DNA of 64,000 nucleotides from an uncultured Candidatus Saccharibacteria bacterium (GTDB lineage: Bacteria > Patescibacteriota > Minisyncoccia > Phycocordibacterales > UBA12088): contig CAZLUD010000003.1 of the NCBI GenBank assembly GCA_964562615.1, forward strand, positions 2,885 through 66,884. The letters run 5' to 3'. Shown here piece after piece: positions 28,776-38,876 of the stretch. Numbering within the stretch: the first letter of the stretch is position 1; each line of letters opens with the position of its first letter. The position numbers were made by a program, and so were the translations under genes. The notes under the pieces are model-generated. The model was given only the letters and a program-made list of their open reading frames with translations, ran no database searches and had not been told where the DNA came from.

Positions 28776-28815
28776 ACAACAAAAGAGCGCCGGCATGCCG
28801 GCGCTCTTTTGTTGT
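28776..28815. terminator. Perfect 40-bp palindrome, terminator after rplK
   Basis: ACAACAAAAGAGCGCCGGCA|TGCCGGCGCTCTTTTGTTGT. Confidence 0.8.
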
Positions 28816-28861
28816 CTAATATTTTGTGGTATGGTCTCGATAGCAAAAATGGAGGTGTAAG

Positions 28862-29470
28862 ATGTTTGTGGACACGACGCTGGGGGATTGTGTTCTTGAA
28901 CTAACAAATCATATCGGGCAGCCAGCATCATTTCATTCGATTGATTATCTAGGTCATAAAATTCATTCCCTTGGTAAACAAGTGGGCGCAAGACCAACCG
29001 CGAAAGTTCTATTTCTTCTACCAAATAGCATGGTAGTGCTCGTTTCAAGAAATAAAAAGAATGAAGAAAAACGATTTTGCTTTCCTGGGGGTGGCATAGA
29101 GTATAACGTCCCAGGAGAGAACCTGCTTCCTGCGCTCATGCGGGAAGTAGTAGAGGAGGTGCGAATAGTTAAAGGTGGCATCGATTGGGATGGAGCAAAA
29201 TTTCTTGGTCCGCATCTGGTCAAAACAAAAAGAGATGGGTGGAAACAAAAATTATTATTGCCGGTTGTTTGTCGTTGTACTTCAGATTTTGAAGTGATAC
29301 CAAATCTTGGTGGTGATGGACCACCAGATCAGATATATACAGCAACACCAGAGGAGGTTTCTGAACTCTTAAAAAGGTATCCACAACGTCAAGACAGAGA
29401 AGGCTATATAGGAAAAGCAATTGCTTCAGCATTGCGAATACATAAACTGCACGTGAGAGAGGTGGCTTAG
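28862..29470 (+). CDS. Divergent Nudix-fold protein
   Basis: FPGGGIE...PGENLLPALMREVVEEV; SD GGAGGTG. Confidence 0.75.
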   Translation: MFVDTTLGDCVLELTNHIGQPASFHSIDYLGHKIHSLGKQVGARPTAKVLFLLPNSMVVLVSRNKKNEEKRFCFPGGGIEYNVPGENLLPALMREVVEEVRIVKGGIDWDGAKFLGPHLVKTKRDGWKQKLLLPVVCRCTSDFEVIPNLGGDGPPDQIYTATPEEVSELLKRYPQRQDREGYIGKAIASALRIHKLHVREVA

Positions 29471-29491
29471 GCCACCTTTTCTTTTTATAAG

Positions 29492-30181
29492 CTATTTCCT
29501 TTTTGTGTCACCTTTTATATCTCTATCCATATAGAGCTTAGGGAGCATCATCTCTGGCTTCCAGTGCTTTTTTAATTCACGCAATTCTTTGTGTGGGTTG
29601 TATTTACCAGTCTCTGCATAATCCTTACCGTTAATCGGTCCCGTTTCAAAAAAAATTATTTGCGCGATTCTTCTGCCCACGACAAGCGGAATTAGGTAAT
29701 TACTACTGTTATTGGTTATTTCCATTGTCCAGCGATTTACATATCCCACATCACCCCATCCCGCGCATTTACAGACTTCTATAAAATTTCTACCAAGCGA
29801 AGAGCGTGCCTTCATCATGGTGGTGATGTGGTTTCGCCCACCAATAAATTCATTGGTATGTGCCAATATGGTTTCTCCGGGGCGAAGTAAGATCACCTTG
29901 TCTGTTGGTGATATACCATCCCATTCAAAATTGTATTTTTTAAATTCTTCCTTCGCGCTCATTGCCTTATGTGGATTTTTTGCGCCCCAGACATGCTCCA
30001 TGTGTGACTTGCTCCAAATGTTATAGAGCGAGTGGTTGTGTTCAATTGGTTGTTCTCTGAAGTACCACTCTCCCAAGGTGACATCATAGCTTGAGGTGGC
30101 AAGGTTTTCTTTGGTAAACGGTTCAATGATAATGTCTCCACGCGCGATTTCCTCAAGAATTTTTTTGTCTGAAAGTGCCAT
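29492..30181 (-). CDS. dcd: dCTP deaminase
   Basis: SSYDVTLG, ARSSLGR, AGWGDVGY, TMEITN, RIAQIIF. Confidence 0.9.
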   Translation of the reverse strand: MALSDKKILEEIARGDIIIEPFTKENLATSSYDVTLGEWYFREQPIEHNHSLYNIWSKSHMEHVWGAKNPHKAMSAKEEFKKYNFEWDGISPTDKVILLRPGETILAHTNEFIGGRNHITTMMKARSSLGRNFIEVCKCAGWGDVGYVNRWTMEITNNSSNYLIPLVVGRRIAQIIFFETGPINGKDYAETGKYNPHKELRELKKHWKPEMMLPKLYMDRDIKGDTKRK

Positions 30182-30250
30182 AGGATTGTAGTATACCGCA
30201 TAGGTCTATGAGTGGGCGAGGCGTACCCCTCATGCTATATTGAAAAAATC

Positions 30251-31513
30251 ATGAATAGCGACTACCTACAATCACAAGATCCTGAAGCTTTTAGAGCGGT
30301 ACGAGGCGAGGAAATTCGAGCGCAAGATGGTCTCGAGCTGATTCCTTCTGAAAACTATGTATCTGAGGCGGTAAGGGAGGCAGTGGGTAGTGTGTTTACC
30401 AACAAATACGCTGAAGGACTTCCGGGCAAGCGGTATTATGGCGGACAAACGTATACTGATGAGATTGAAAACCTCGCGATACATCGCGCGAAACAGCTTT
30501 TTGGTGCGGCGTATGCAAATGTTCAACCACTCTCCGGTGCGCCAGCTAATCTTGCGGTGTATCATGCGCTCCTTTCTCCCGGAGACACCATAATGGGTAT
30601 GGACCTCTCTCACGGCGGGCATCTTACCCACGGCCATCCGATGACAATTGCGTCAAAGCTGTTTCGTTTTGTGACCTATAAAATGAAGAATCCAGATACT
30701 GGTGAAATAGACTACGACGCAATGCGGGAGGTTGCCCAAAGAGAAAAGCCAAAACTTATTATTGCGGGATTCAGCGCATACTCACGTGAACTTGACTATG
30801 CGGCGTTTACTCGTATCGCCAAAGAAGTTGGTGCGTACACCATGGCGGACATTGCACATATCGCAGGGCTCATTGCGGGTGGGGTAGCGCAAAATCCTTT
30901 TACTAGTGGTTTTGATCTTATGACCACTACCACACACAAAACATTGCGTGGCCCTCGCGGCGGTATGATTTTAGTACGAGAGAATGAAGAGATAAAAAAG
31001 AAAATCGACAAAGCAATATTTCCAGGCCTACAAGGTGGCCCACACATGCATGCGATAGCAGGGAAGGCAGTGGCATTTGGCGAGGCGCTCCACCCTTCGT
31101 TTGCAGTATACACAGCGCAGATACTAAAGAATGCAAAAGCAATGGAGGAAGTGTTTAGGAGCGCGTCAATCAGAATGCTTGGTGGCGGGACAAGCAATCA
31201 TCTTATTCTTGCGGATGTGTATGGATCCCTCGGAATCTCGGGAGGAGAGGCGGAAACGCTACTTGATTCGGTAGGTATAACCCTTAATAAAAACATGATC
31301 GCTGATGATGTGAGAAGCGCCTTTGATCCAAGTGGCATACGATTTGGTACTCCAGCAATAACCACAAGAGGATTTAAAGAACAAGAAGCAAAAAGAGTGG
31401 CAGAGCTTATGGTAGATGTTTTGCAAAAGAGAGACGCAATTACAGTAGCAGCTGTTCTAAAGGAGGTGACCGCACTGGCACATACATTTCCAATTCCAGC
31501 ATCTTTCGTGTAG
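30251..31513 (+). CDS. glyA: Serine hydroxymethyltransferase
   Basis: LIPSENY, NKYAEG, GGHLTHG, TTTTHKTLRGPRGG. Confidence 0.97.
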   Translation: MNSDYLQSQDPEAFRAVRGEEIRAQDGLELIPSENYVSEAVREAVGSVFTNKYAEGLPGKRYYGGQTYTDEIENLAIHRAKQLFGAAYANVQPLSGAPANLAVYHALLSPGDTIMGMDLSHGGHLTHGHPMTIASKLFRFVTYKMKNPDTGEIDYDAMREVAQREKPKLIIAGFSAYSRELDYAAFTRIAKEVGAYTMADIAHIAGLIAGGVAQNPFTSGFDLMTTTTHKTLRGPRGGMILVRENEEIKKKIDKAIFPGLQGGPHMHAIAGKAVAFGEALHPSFAVYTAQILKNAKAMEEVFRSASIRMLGGGTSNHLILADVYGSLGISGGEAETLLDSVGITLNKNMIADDVRSAFDPSGIRFGTPAITTRGFKEQEAKRVAELMVDVLQKRDAITVAAVLKEVTALAHTFPIPASFV

Positions 31514-31540
31514 TATCGTGTGGGCAACAAGGAGAACCCA

Positions 31541-31774
31541 ATGCACAATCCGTGGGGAAATCTTGAGCTCTACGAACAGATAACAAGGATGATGTTGTGC
31601 GTATGCAACGCAGGGCTGCCACAACGCCGCCCCACCATGACGGCAACTGAACAAACAATAGCCTTGTTTATCATTGATGAAATGATTTCGTGCGAGGACA
31701 CCCCTATGTCGGTAGTGCTTAACTTATTGGTACTCCGATTGGCATTTCTGTATGCAGATATTGAGCCCCAGTAA
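31541..31774 (+). CDS. Small hypothetical protein
   Basis: SD AAGGAG before ATG; hairpin 31762-31783 over the stop; no recognisable motif. Confidence 0.45.
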   Translation: MHNPWGNLELYEQITRMMLCVCNAGLPQRRPTMTATEQTIALFIIDEMISCEDTPMSVVLNLLVLRLAFLYADIEPQ

Positions 31775-31819
31775 TGGGGCTCATTTCTTATACAAGTTTT
31801 TCATGCTTAAATCATAATA

Positions 31820-32935
31820 ATGATGAAGGTATACGAACAGCTCTATCTTTTTGTTGAGAGGAATGAAAAAATTCTTTCGTGGATAGCATTCCTCACTGGT
31901 TTTACGTGGGACAATCTTACTCTCGGCCGCATTGATAGATTATTTGACCTGCTTATTTTGTGTGGGTTACTTGTGGTCGCTACTCTCGGCATGCTCGCAG
32001 TAGCATACGCAGAGAGCGAGCTTCGAAAGCCTGAAGTGCTCTCTAGGGTGTCTGCGTGGCTTCCTCTCATCATGCAATTTTCCCTCGGAGGGCTCTTTAG
32101 TGGGTTGTTTGTATTTTATTCACGGAGCGGGTCGCTTGCTTCTGGATGGCCATTTGTACTGTGCATCACCTTACTGCTTATCGGGAACGAATTTTTTAGG
32201 AGGCGGTACCAAGGTATAGTTTTTCAAACCGCAATATATTTTGTTGCCGCACTTTCACTTAGCGCCCTTATCACTCCGGTTTTATTAAAAAAGATGTCAC
32301 CGGAGATATTTATACTAAGTACCGTGTTTGCGTGGGTGTGGATGATGATAGTCTTAAAGGGCGTTCGCCGGGTTGCGCCACGCCGATACAAAGAAGGTAA
32401 GTGGTATATCCGCGGGGTAATAATAGCCGAGCTAGCACTATTTATTACATTGTATTTTAGCAATATCATCCCCCCTATACCGCTAGCGGTAAAAGAGGTA
32501 AGTATATTTCACTCTGTTGTGCGTACCGCGGACGGTAACTATGAAGTTTCGTATAAAACCAAAGAAAGCACTCTTCCGTTTGTGGGCAAGTTACTTTCTA
32601 CGTTTACCCATTCAGATAGAGTGGTGTACCAAAGCACTAATCCCGTGTATTGCTTTTCATCAGTCTTTGCACCTAACGCACTATCAACCACAGTAGTACA
32701 CAGTTGGGAATATTATAATGAAAAGAATGGAGAGTGGGAGGTGGTATCTAAAATACCGTTCGCGCTTTCGGGTGGGAGGGATGGTGGATTTAGAGGCTAC
32801 ACACTAAGGGGCAATCTCGAGAAGGGAACATGGCGGTGTGATGTAGAGACAACTCGCGGACAGCTTATCGGCAGAAGAACCTTTGAGGTGCGAACAGGTG
32901 AGAGTGATGCTGCATTCAATATTGAAACAAGATAG
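31820..32935 (+). CDS. Membrane protein with C-terminal DUF2914-like domain
   Basis: About eight TMs; VFAP, H.W, GGRDGGFRGY, G.WRCDVET. Confidence 0.8.
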   Translation: MMKVYEQLYLFVERNEKILSWIAFLTGFTWDNLTLGRIDRLFDLLILCGLLVVATLGMLAVAYAESELRKPEVLSRVSAWLPLIMQFSLGGLFSGLFVFYSRSGSLASGWPFVLCITLLLIGNEFFRRRYQGIVFQTAIYFVAALSLSALITPVLLKKMSPEIFILSTVFAWVWMMIVLKGVRRVAPRRYKEGKWYIRGVIIAELALFITLYFSNIIPPIPLAVKEVSIFHSVVRTADGNYEVSYKTKESTLPFVGKLLSTFTHSDRVVYQSTNPVYCFSSVFAPNALSTTVVHSWEYYNEKNGEWEVVSKIPFALSGGRDGGFRGYTLRGNLEKGTWRCDVETTRGQLIGRRTFEVRTGESDAAFNIETR

Positions 32936-32952
32936 CGTATACTATATTTACC

Positions 32953-33135
32953 ATGGCGCAATTTGACGATTTGGTGTTTGAAAAGCAGTGGAATAAGAAG
33001 TTGCAATTATTGGCGTTTTTTGCCGTACTTGCACTTACCTTTGAAGTTCTTAAACTACTGGTTGATCTTGATAAAAAGTATCAGGTGTTTGGTATTGTTC
33101 CAGAAATACAAGCGCAAGAAGTGGCAGAAGAGTAA
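32953..33135 (+). CDS. Small single-TM hypothetical protein
   Basis: 60 aa, one hydrophobic helix, -10-like element just upstream. Confidence 0.55.
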   Translation: MAQFDDLVFEKQWNKKLQLLAFFAVLALTFEVLKLLVDLDKKYQVFGIVPEIQAQEVAEE

Positions 33136-33181
33136 TACTGTATCAGGTTGAGCATTTGCCGTTTTGTGGCATGCTTCCACT

Positions 33182-34861
33182 ATGAAAGAAACGGAAGAAT
33201 TAAAAATCGCCATACAGGGAGCGCTTACACAGCTTGGAATAGATGGCGGTGATTTTTCTGTTACCGCGACTGATGATGTGACACATGGCGATTTTGCATC
33301 AAATGTTGCGTTTGTGGTGGCAAGCGTGACAGGATTGACTCCAATTGAGGAGGCAAAGCGGATACTGACACAGATACAACTACCTTCCTATATTGACGCA
33401 GCTACCGTAGCAAAACCTGGGTACATCAATTTTTCATTCACCAGAGAATACTTTTTAAAGACGATAACCTCATTGAGGAGCGATAGTGGGGCATGGGGCA
33501 CATCAACATCATTACAGGGTAGACGGATATTGGTTGAGTATACGCAACCAAATCCCTTCAAGCCATTTCATATTGGACATCTCATGTCTAACACTATTGG
33601 AGAATCGATTTCTCGTCTCATTGAAAATGCCGGCGCCACCATTAAGCGCGCAAACTATCAAGGCGACATCGGCCCCCACGTAGCAAAAACAATGTGGGCG
33701 CTCATGAAGCGTGGCGCATCTGCTGATGATGTATCGGTGCTCGCTGCCGCATATGTAGAAGGAACTGCGGCGTATGAAGAAAACCTCGAAGCAAAACAAG
33801 AAATAGATGATATCAATAAACGCTTGTATAGCGGTGAGTTACGTGAGTCGCCATTGTATATACAAGGTAGAGAAACCTCACTCGCGCGCTTTGAAGAGCT
33901 TTATGCAATACTTGGTACCACATTTGATTACTATTTTTTTGAAACAGAGTCTGCGCCAGTTGGGCGGGAGGTAGTAACAGAGGGTCTTGCAAAAAAAATC
34001 TTTGAAGAGAGTGATGGAGCGATTGTGTTTAATGGTGAGCAATACGGACTCCATACTCGAGTGTTTGTTACGTCAAAAGGCACACCAACGTACGAAACCA
34101 AAGAGCTTGGTCTTGCCGTGTTAAAGCGAAAGGTATTTCCGTATGATGAAAACATAACCATCACCGCGGTTGAGCAGGAACAATATTTTAAGGTGGTAAC
34201 AAAGGCGATGGATATGGTGTGGCCGATACACGCTGGTACCTATAGGCACATTTCTCATGGCATGATGCAGCTTGCTGAGGGTAAGATGTCCTCACGAAAG
34301 GGGAACGTTATTACCGGCGAATCACTCATTGATGATATGCGAGAGAAAGCATATGAGAAAATGAAGGAGCGAGAGCTTGGTGATAAAAAGGCAGAGATAG
34401 CTGATGCCGTAGCAGTAGCAGCGATAAAATATTCAATTCTCAAACAAAGAATGGGAAAAAACATCGCTTTTGATCAAGAGGCATCACTTTCATTTGAAGG
34501 CAACTCGGGTCCATACCTACAATACGCGCATACTCGCGCATGTTCTGTGCTTCGCAAAGCATCCGCAATAGGACTACAAGCATCATATGATGAAGTGCCA
34601 GGTGTAGCATCACCCCTTGAAAAAGAGTTGGCGCGTTTTCCTCAGGTGATTGCACGAGCGTTGCATGAATACGAACCACACCATCTTACCACCTACCTTA
34701 CGCGACTCGCGGCGCTGTTTAATAGTATGTACGCGCAAGAAAAGATTGCGGTAGCAGATGACGTGTACGCACCATATAGGGTCGCGGTTACGGACGCTTT
34801 CAGGATCACCATGGAAAGAGGGCTGTACCTTTTAGGTATAAAATCACCCACAGAAATGTAG
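33182..34861 (+). CDS. argS: Arginine--tRNA ligase
   Basis: HGDFASN, NPFKPFHIGH, KMSSRKG, GPYLQYAHTR. Confidence 0.96.
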   Translation: MKETEELKIAIQGALTQLGIDGGDFSVTATDDVTHGDFASNVAFVVASVTGLTPIEEAKRILTQIQLPSYIDAATVAKPGYINFSFTREYFLKTITSLRSDSGAWGTSTSLQGRRILVEYTQPNPFKPFHIGHLMSNTIGESISRLIENAGATIKRANYQGDIGPHVAKTMWALMKRGASADDVSVLAAAYVEGTAAYEENLEAKQEIDDINKRLYSGELRESPLYIQGRETSLARFEELYAILGTTFDYYFFETESAPVGREVVTEGLAKKIFEESDGAIVFNGEQYGLHTRVFVTSKGTPTYETKELGLAVLKRKVFPYDENITITAVEQEQYFKVVTKAMDMVWPIHAGTYRHISHGMMQLAEGKMSSRKGNVITGESLIDDMREKAYEKMKERELGDKKAEIADAVAVAAIKYSILKQRMGKNIAFDQEASLSFEGNSGPYLQYAHTRACSVLRKASAIGLQASYDEVPGVASPLEKELARFPQVIARALHEYEPHHLTTYLTRLAALFNSMYAQEKIAVADDVYAPYRVAVTDAFRITMERGLYLLGIKSPTEM

Positions 34862-34916
34862 TTGCATAAAGGAAGTTTTTGGAGTAATTTCTCAATAGGC
34901 AATGAGGGGGGTCGCT

Positions 34917-35345
34917 ATGTCTAACGTGGTTTCTCTTTTTCCGAATAAACCTGTTATGCCAGTTTTGGAGGTAAGTAGATTTTGCGTAAAAATTAACTTC
35001 ACTGTCGGGTCAATGCATACCCAACAGCCAGTAGAGTGCGATTCATTACATGAATTATTCGGGGAAGCATTTACTTCCATAGGATTGTGGGTGGAAAGGA
35101 ATGTCAGAGTAGGCAGGCTCTGTATCATTTTGAAGGCAAAAAATGGAAGAATTTTATTCTCCGATGATTTTTTTTATAATCACACAACGATTATGTCTTT
35201 TCTTGCCACTGATTTGGCAAGAATAAGGAGTGATGTAACTACTGGTATCATATGTAATGAATACATTATCAATGTTCATTACATTAGTAATGTAGAGATA
35301 ATTAATCTCATGCAATACCGAACTAAAATAGGCTCACGAAAGTGA
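34917..35345 (+). CDS. AT-rich hypothetical protein
   Basis: SD-like GAGGGG, hairpin 35331-35348 at the stop; no family recognised. Confidence 0.55.
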   Translation: MSNVVSLFPNKPVMPVLEVSRFCVKINFTVGSMHTQQPVECDSLHELFGEAFTSIGLWVERNVRVGRLCIILKAKNGRILFSDDFFYNHTTIMSFLATDLARIRSDVTTGIICNEYIINVHYISNVEIINLMQYRTKIGSRK

Positions 35346-35417
35346 GCCGCCTTTTTTGCGTGACAAATTGGGCGCGCGATACTACTATGGGTGATGTACG
35401 CATAGATAGCCAAACCC

Positions 35418-38400
35418 ATGAAAGACTATAACGATTTTATGAAAGAATACGCCTCTGGCGAGGCAGCGAAACGGGAAAGCAACATACTTGCTTTTTGGGA
35501 CGAGCATGAGGTATTCAAAAAAACACTAGAGAAAGACTCACCAAAAGGCGAATTTATTTTCTACGAAGGTCCACCAACTGCTAATGGTCGCCCAGGTATA
35601 CACCACATTGAGGCTCGATCATTTAAGGATATTATTCCTCGATATAAGACCATGCAGGGGTATCATGTTCGCCGAAAAGGCGGGTGGGATACACACGGTC
35701 TTCCGGTTGAGCTTGAGGTTGAAAAGCGCCTTGGACTAAAAAATAAAAAAGACATAGAAACATTCGGTGTCGCTGCATTTAATGAGGAGTGTAAAAAAAG
35801 CGTGTGGACATACGCGAGCGAGTGGCAGGCATTTACAAAACGCATAGGCTATTGGGTAGATATTGAAGATGCCTATGTCACCTATAAAAGTGATTACATC
35901 GAGTCGGTGTGGCATGTAGTAAAAGAAGCAGACAATAAAGGTCTATTGTATAAGGATTATAAGGTGGTGCCATGGTGTGCTCGCTGTGGGACAGGGCTAT
36001 CAAGTCACGAACTAGCCCAAGGATATGACGAGGTCTCTGACGTATCAGTGTACGTAGCCTTTAAGGTGATTGCAGAAGAGAATACGTATTTGCTCGCGTG
36101 GACCACAACGCCGTGGACTTTGCCTGGTAATGTTGCGCTTGCGGTGCATGAGTCAGTCGAGTACGTAAAAGTAAAAAAAGATGACGCGTACTACTATGTG
36201 GCAAAAGAACGAATGGCCGTTTTGGGCGAAGAGGTGATGGTTGTAAGTAGTCACATGGGTAGTGATTTGGTGGGTATCTCGTATGAACCGCTGTTTCCAT
36301 ACCTTGCCGACTTGTTACCGACAGATCAACAAGAGCGATTAGAAAAGGCGTATAAGGTATATCCTGCGTCATTTGTCACTACCCTTGACGGTACCGGCAT
36401 TGTGCACACTGCCGTCATGTACGGACAAGATGATTTTGAGCTTGGTACGGTGGTGGGGCTACCAAAATTTCATCTTGTTGATGAAAGTGGAAAATTTGTT
36501 AACGGTACCGGCTCGTTACAAGGGCTTGTGGCAAAAGAAAAAGATGTTTTTTCTGAGGCAGAAAAAACCATATTGCGTGAACTTGGAGAGCGCATCTTTA
36601 AAAAAGAGAAAGTCACGCACACCTATCCATTTTGTTGGAGATGCAAACAACCGATTATCTACTACGCTCATGACTCGTGGTATTTTGCGATGTCAAAACT
36701 CCGTGACACGCTCGTAGAGGAGAATCAAAAAATTAATTGGGAGCCGTCCCACATCAAAGACGGACGATTTGGTGAATGGCTCAGTGGGGTAAAGGATTGG
36801 GCGCTGTCACGTGAGCGATATTGGGGCACGCCACTACCAGTCTGGGTATCGTCAGATAATAAAGAGCGACTCGTGGTTGATTCTATTGCCACCATGAGGG
36901 CGCACATGAAGCCGCCCAAGAATACGTTTGTTGTTATGAGGCATGGCGAGGCGCAGTCAAATGCTCATCAGTATTTAAATAGCAGTATTGATGCGCGTAA
37001 CGTACTTACCGATGAAGGAAAGCGACAAGTGCAGGCCCGCATAGAGGAGCTCAAGTCACTTGGTATAACAAAAGTATATACATCGCCACTACCGCGAACC
37101 ATGGAGACTGCTGCATGTATTACCGAGGCGCTCCAGCTTCCTCCGGCTATCATTGATGACCGTTTGAGAGAGACAAATTTTGGAGTCTTTGACGGAAGAC
37201 CTATTCATGAGATGGATGCGGTAATTCCACATCACAAATCATTTACCCATGCTCCAGAAGGAGGGGAGACTATCCGTGATGTCCGCACTCGAGTAGGTTC
37301 GTTTTTGTCTGAAAGAGATAATGAACACGAGGGAGAATCTATTCTTGTCGTTACCCATGCAGACGTGGTGTGGATGAGTCTTGCTATCTCAAACGGGTAT
37401 AGTGAGGATCGTTCAAAGAAAGCATATAAAGAAGGTGATTTTCCAAAAACAGCAGAAATACGAACCGTCTCATTTGTCCCACTTCCATACAATGCATCAT
37501 ACGAAATAGATTTACACCGCCCTTATGTAGATGATGTTGTCCTCTATAGCGACAAAGGAACCCCACTCACTCGTGTGAAGGAGGTTATGGATGTGTGGTT
37601 TGACAGTGGCTGTATGCCCTATGCACAAGACCACTATCCATTTGAGAATAAAGAGTGGGTAGACAATCACGGCTTTCCTGCAGACTATATTGCAGAAGCT
37701 ATCGATCAGACAAGAGGATGGTTTTATACGCTGCATGCGGTGGGGGTACTATTAGGACGCGGCAGGGCATATAAAAATGTCATTTGTTTAGGGCATATAC
37801 TTGATGACAAGGGAAAGAAGATGTCTAAATCACTTGGGAATATTGTAAATCCATGGGAGATGATGGCGCTTCATGGAGTTGATGCACTCAGATTGTTTAT
37901 GTATAGCGTCAATCAACCGGGTGATTCGAAAAATTTTGACCAAAGCACCGTCGACGAGATCACCAAAAAAGTATTTAACCCACTTATAAATACTGTTGCC
38001 TTGTATAGACTTTACGCAAAGGAATCCACGGCAAATCCATTTGAGAGTCCGCACGTGCTTGATATGTGGATATTGGCAATGCTTTCTCGACTAATCACCA
38101 CCACCACAAAGGCGCTTGATGAGTATCGGCTACTTGAATCTTCTCGCGCAATACGAGACTTCATAGCCGACCTGTCTCAGTGGTATGTGCGTCGTTCTCG
38201 GGATAGATATAAAGGCGATAATGAAGAAGATGCCAGGTTTGCGCTTGCTACCACTCGGTATGTACTCGAAACACTTGCAAAAGTGATGGCACCATTCACT
38301 CCTTTTATTGCTGAAGAGGTATATCAAACAGTTCGCACCAACGAAAGCCCATTAAGTGTGCATCTTGCCGCATGGCCACAACCTGCTGGAGATAACGAAG

Positions 38401-38876
38401 AAGTTATAACAAAAATGGAGACTACGCGAGAAATTGTGTCACGCGCTCTTAAACTGCGAGCAGGTGCTGGCATCAAAGTGAGACAGCCACTGAGAGCTCT
38501 ATTATTGCATGCTGATATTGCGATATATCCAGAATTAGTAAAAGAAGAGGTGAATGTAAAAGAGGTAACCTGCGTACCACAAGAAGGAGAGGAAATTTCT
38601 CTTGATACCACCCTTACTGAAGTGCTTATCGAAGAGGGTATTCTTCGAGATCTTTTGCGTGCAATCCAAGACACAAGAAAGGAGGAGGGACTATCACCGT
38701 TTGATAGCGCGTCACTAACTGTTTGTGCAGGAGAGCGCGAACGAGCATTCATTGAGAAGTATCGTACCGATATAATGAAAACCACCAAGGTTACCACTAT
38801 TACGTATACTGAAACAGAACAAGCACACCTCCATACCGCCGAAGGATATTCACTATCCTTTTCTATTGCGACATGA
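35418..38876 (+). CDS. ileS: Isoleucine--tRNA ligase (type 2) with inserted histidine-phosphatase domain
   Basis: GPPTANG, GWDTHGLPVE, WTTTPWTLPGN, DLHRP, DQTRGWF, KMSKS; RHGE domain at ~36921-37470. Confidence 0.95.
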   Translation: MKDYNDFMKEYASGEAAKRESNILAFWDEHEVFKKTLEKDSPKGEFIFYEGPPTANGRPGIHHIEARSFKDIIPRYKTMQGYHVRRKGGWDTHGLPVELEVEKRLGLKNKKDIETFGVAAFNEECKKSVWTYASEWQAFTKRIGYWVDIEDAYVTYKSDYIESVWHVVKEADNKGLLYKDYKVVPWCARCGTGLSSHELAQGYDEVSDVSVYVAFKVIAEENTYLLAWTTTPWTLPGNVALAVHESVEYVKVKKDDAYYYVAKERMAVLGEEVMVVSSHMGSDLVGISYEPLFPYLADLLPTDQQERLEKAYKVYPASFVTTLDGTGIVHTAVMYGQDDFELGTVVGLPKFHLVDESGKFVNGTGSLQGLVAKEKDVFSEAEKTILRELGERIFKKEKVTHTYPFCWRCKQPIIYYAHDSWYFAMSKLRDTLVEENQKINWEPSHIKDGRFGEWLSGVKDWALSRERYWGTPLPVWVSSDNKERLVVDSIATMRAHMKPPKNTFVVMRHGEAQSNAHQYLNSSIDARNVLTDEGKRQVQARIEELKSLGITKVYTSPLPRTMETAACITEALQLPPAIIDDRLRETNFGVFDGRPIHEMDAVIPHHKSFTHAPEGGETIRDVRTRVGSFLSERDNEHEGESILVVTHADVVWMSLAISNGYSEDRSKKAYKEGDFPKTAEIRTVSFVPLPYNASYEIDLHRPYVDDVVLYSDKGTPLTRVKEVMDVWFDSGCMPYAQDHYPFENKEWVDNHGFPADYIAEAIDQTRGWFYTLHAVGVLLGRGRAYKNVICLGHILDDKGKKMSKSLGNIVNPWEMMALHGVDALRLFMYSVNQPGDSKNFDQSTVDEITKKVFNPLINTVALYRLYAKESTANPFESPHVLDMWILAMLSRLITTTTKALDEYRLLESSRAIRDFIADLSQWYVRRSRDRYKGDNEEDARFALATTRYVLETLAKVMAPFTPFIAEEVYQTVRTNESPLSVHLAAWPQPAGDNEEVITKMETTREIVSRALKLRAGAGIKVRQPLRALLLHADIAIYPELVKEEVNVKEVTCVPQEGEEISLDTTLTEVLIEEGILRDLLRAIQDTRKEEGLSPFDSASLTVCAGERERAFIEKYRTDIMKTTKVTTITYTETEQAHLHTAEGYSLSFSIAT

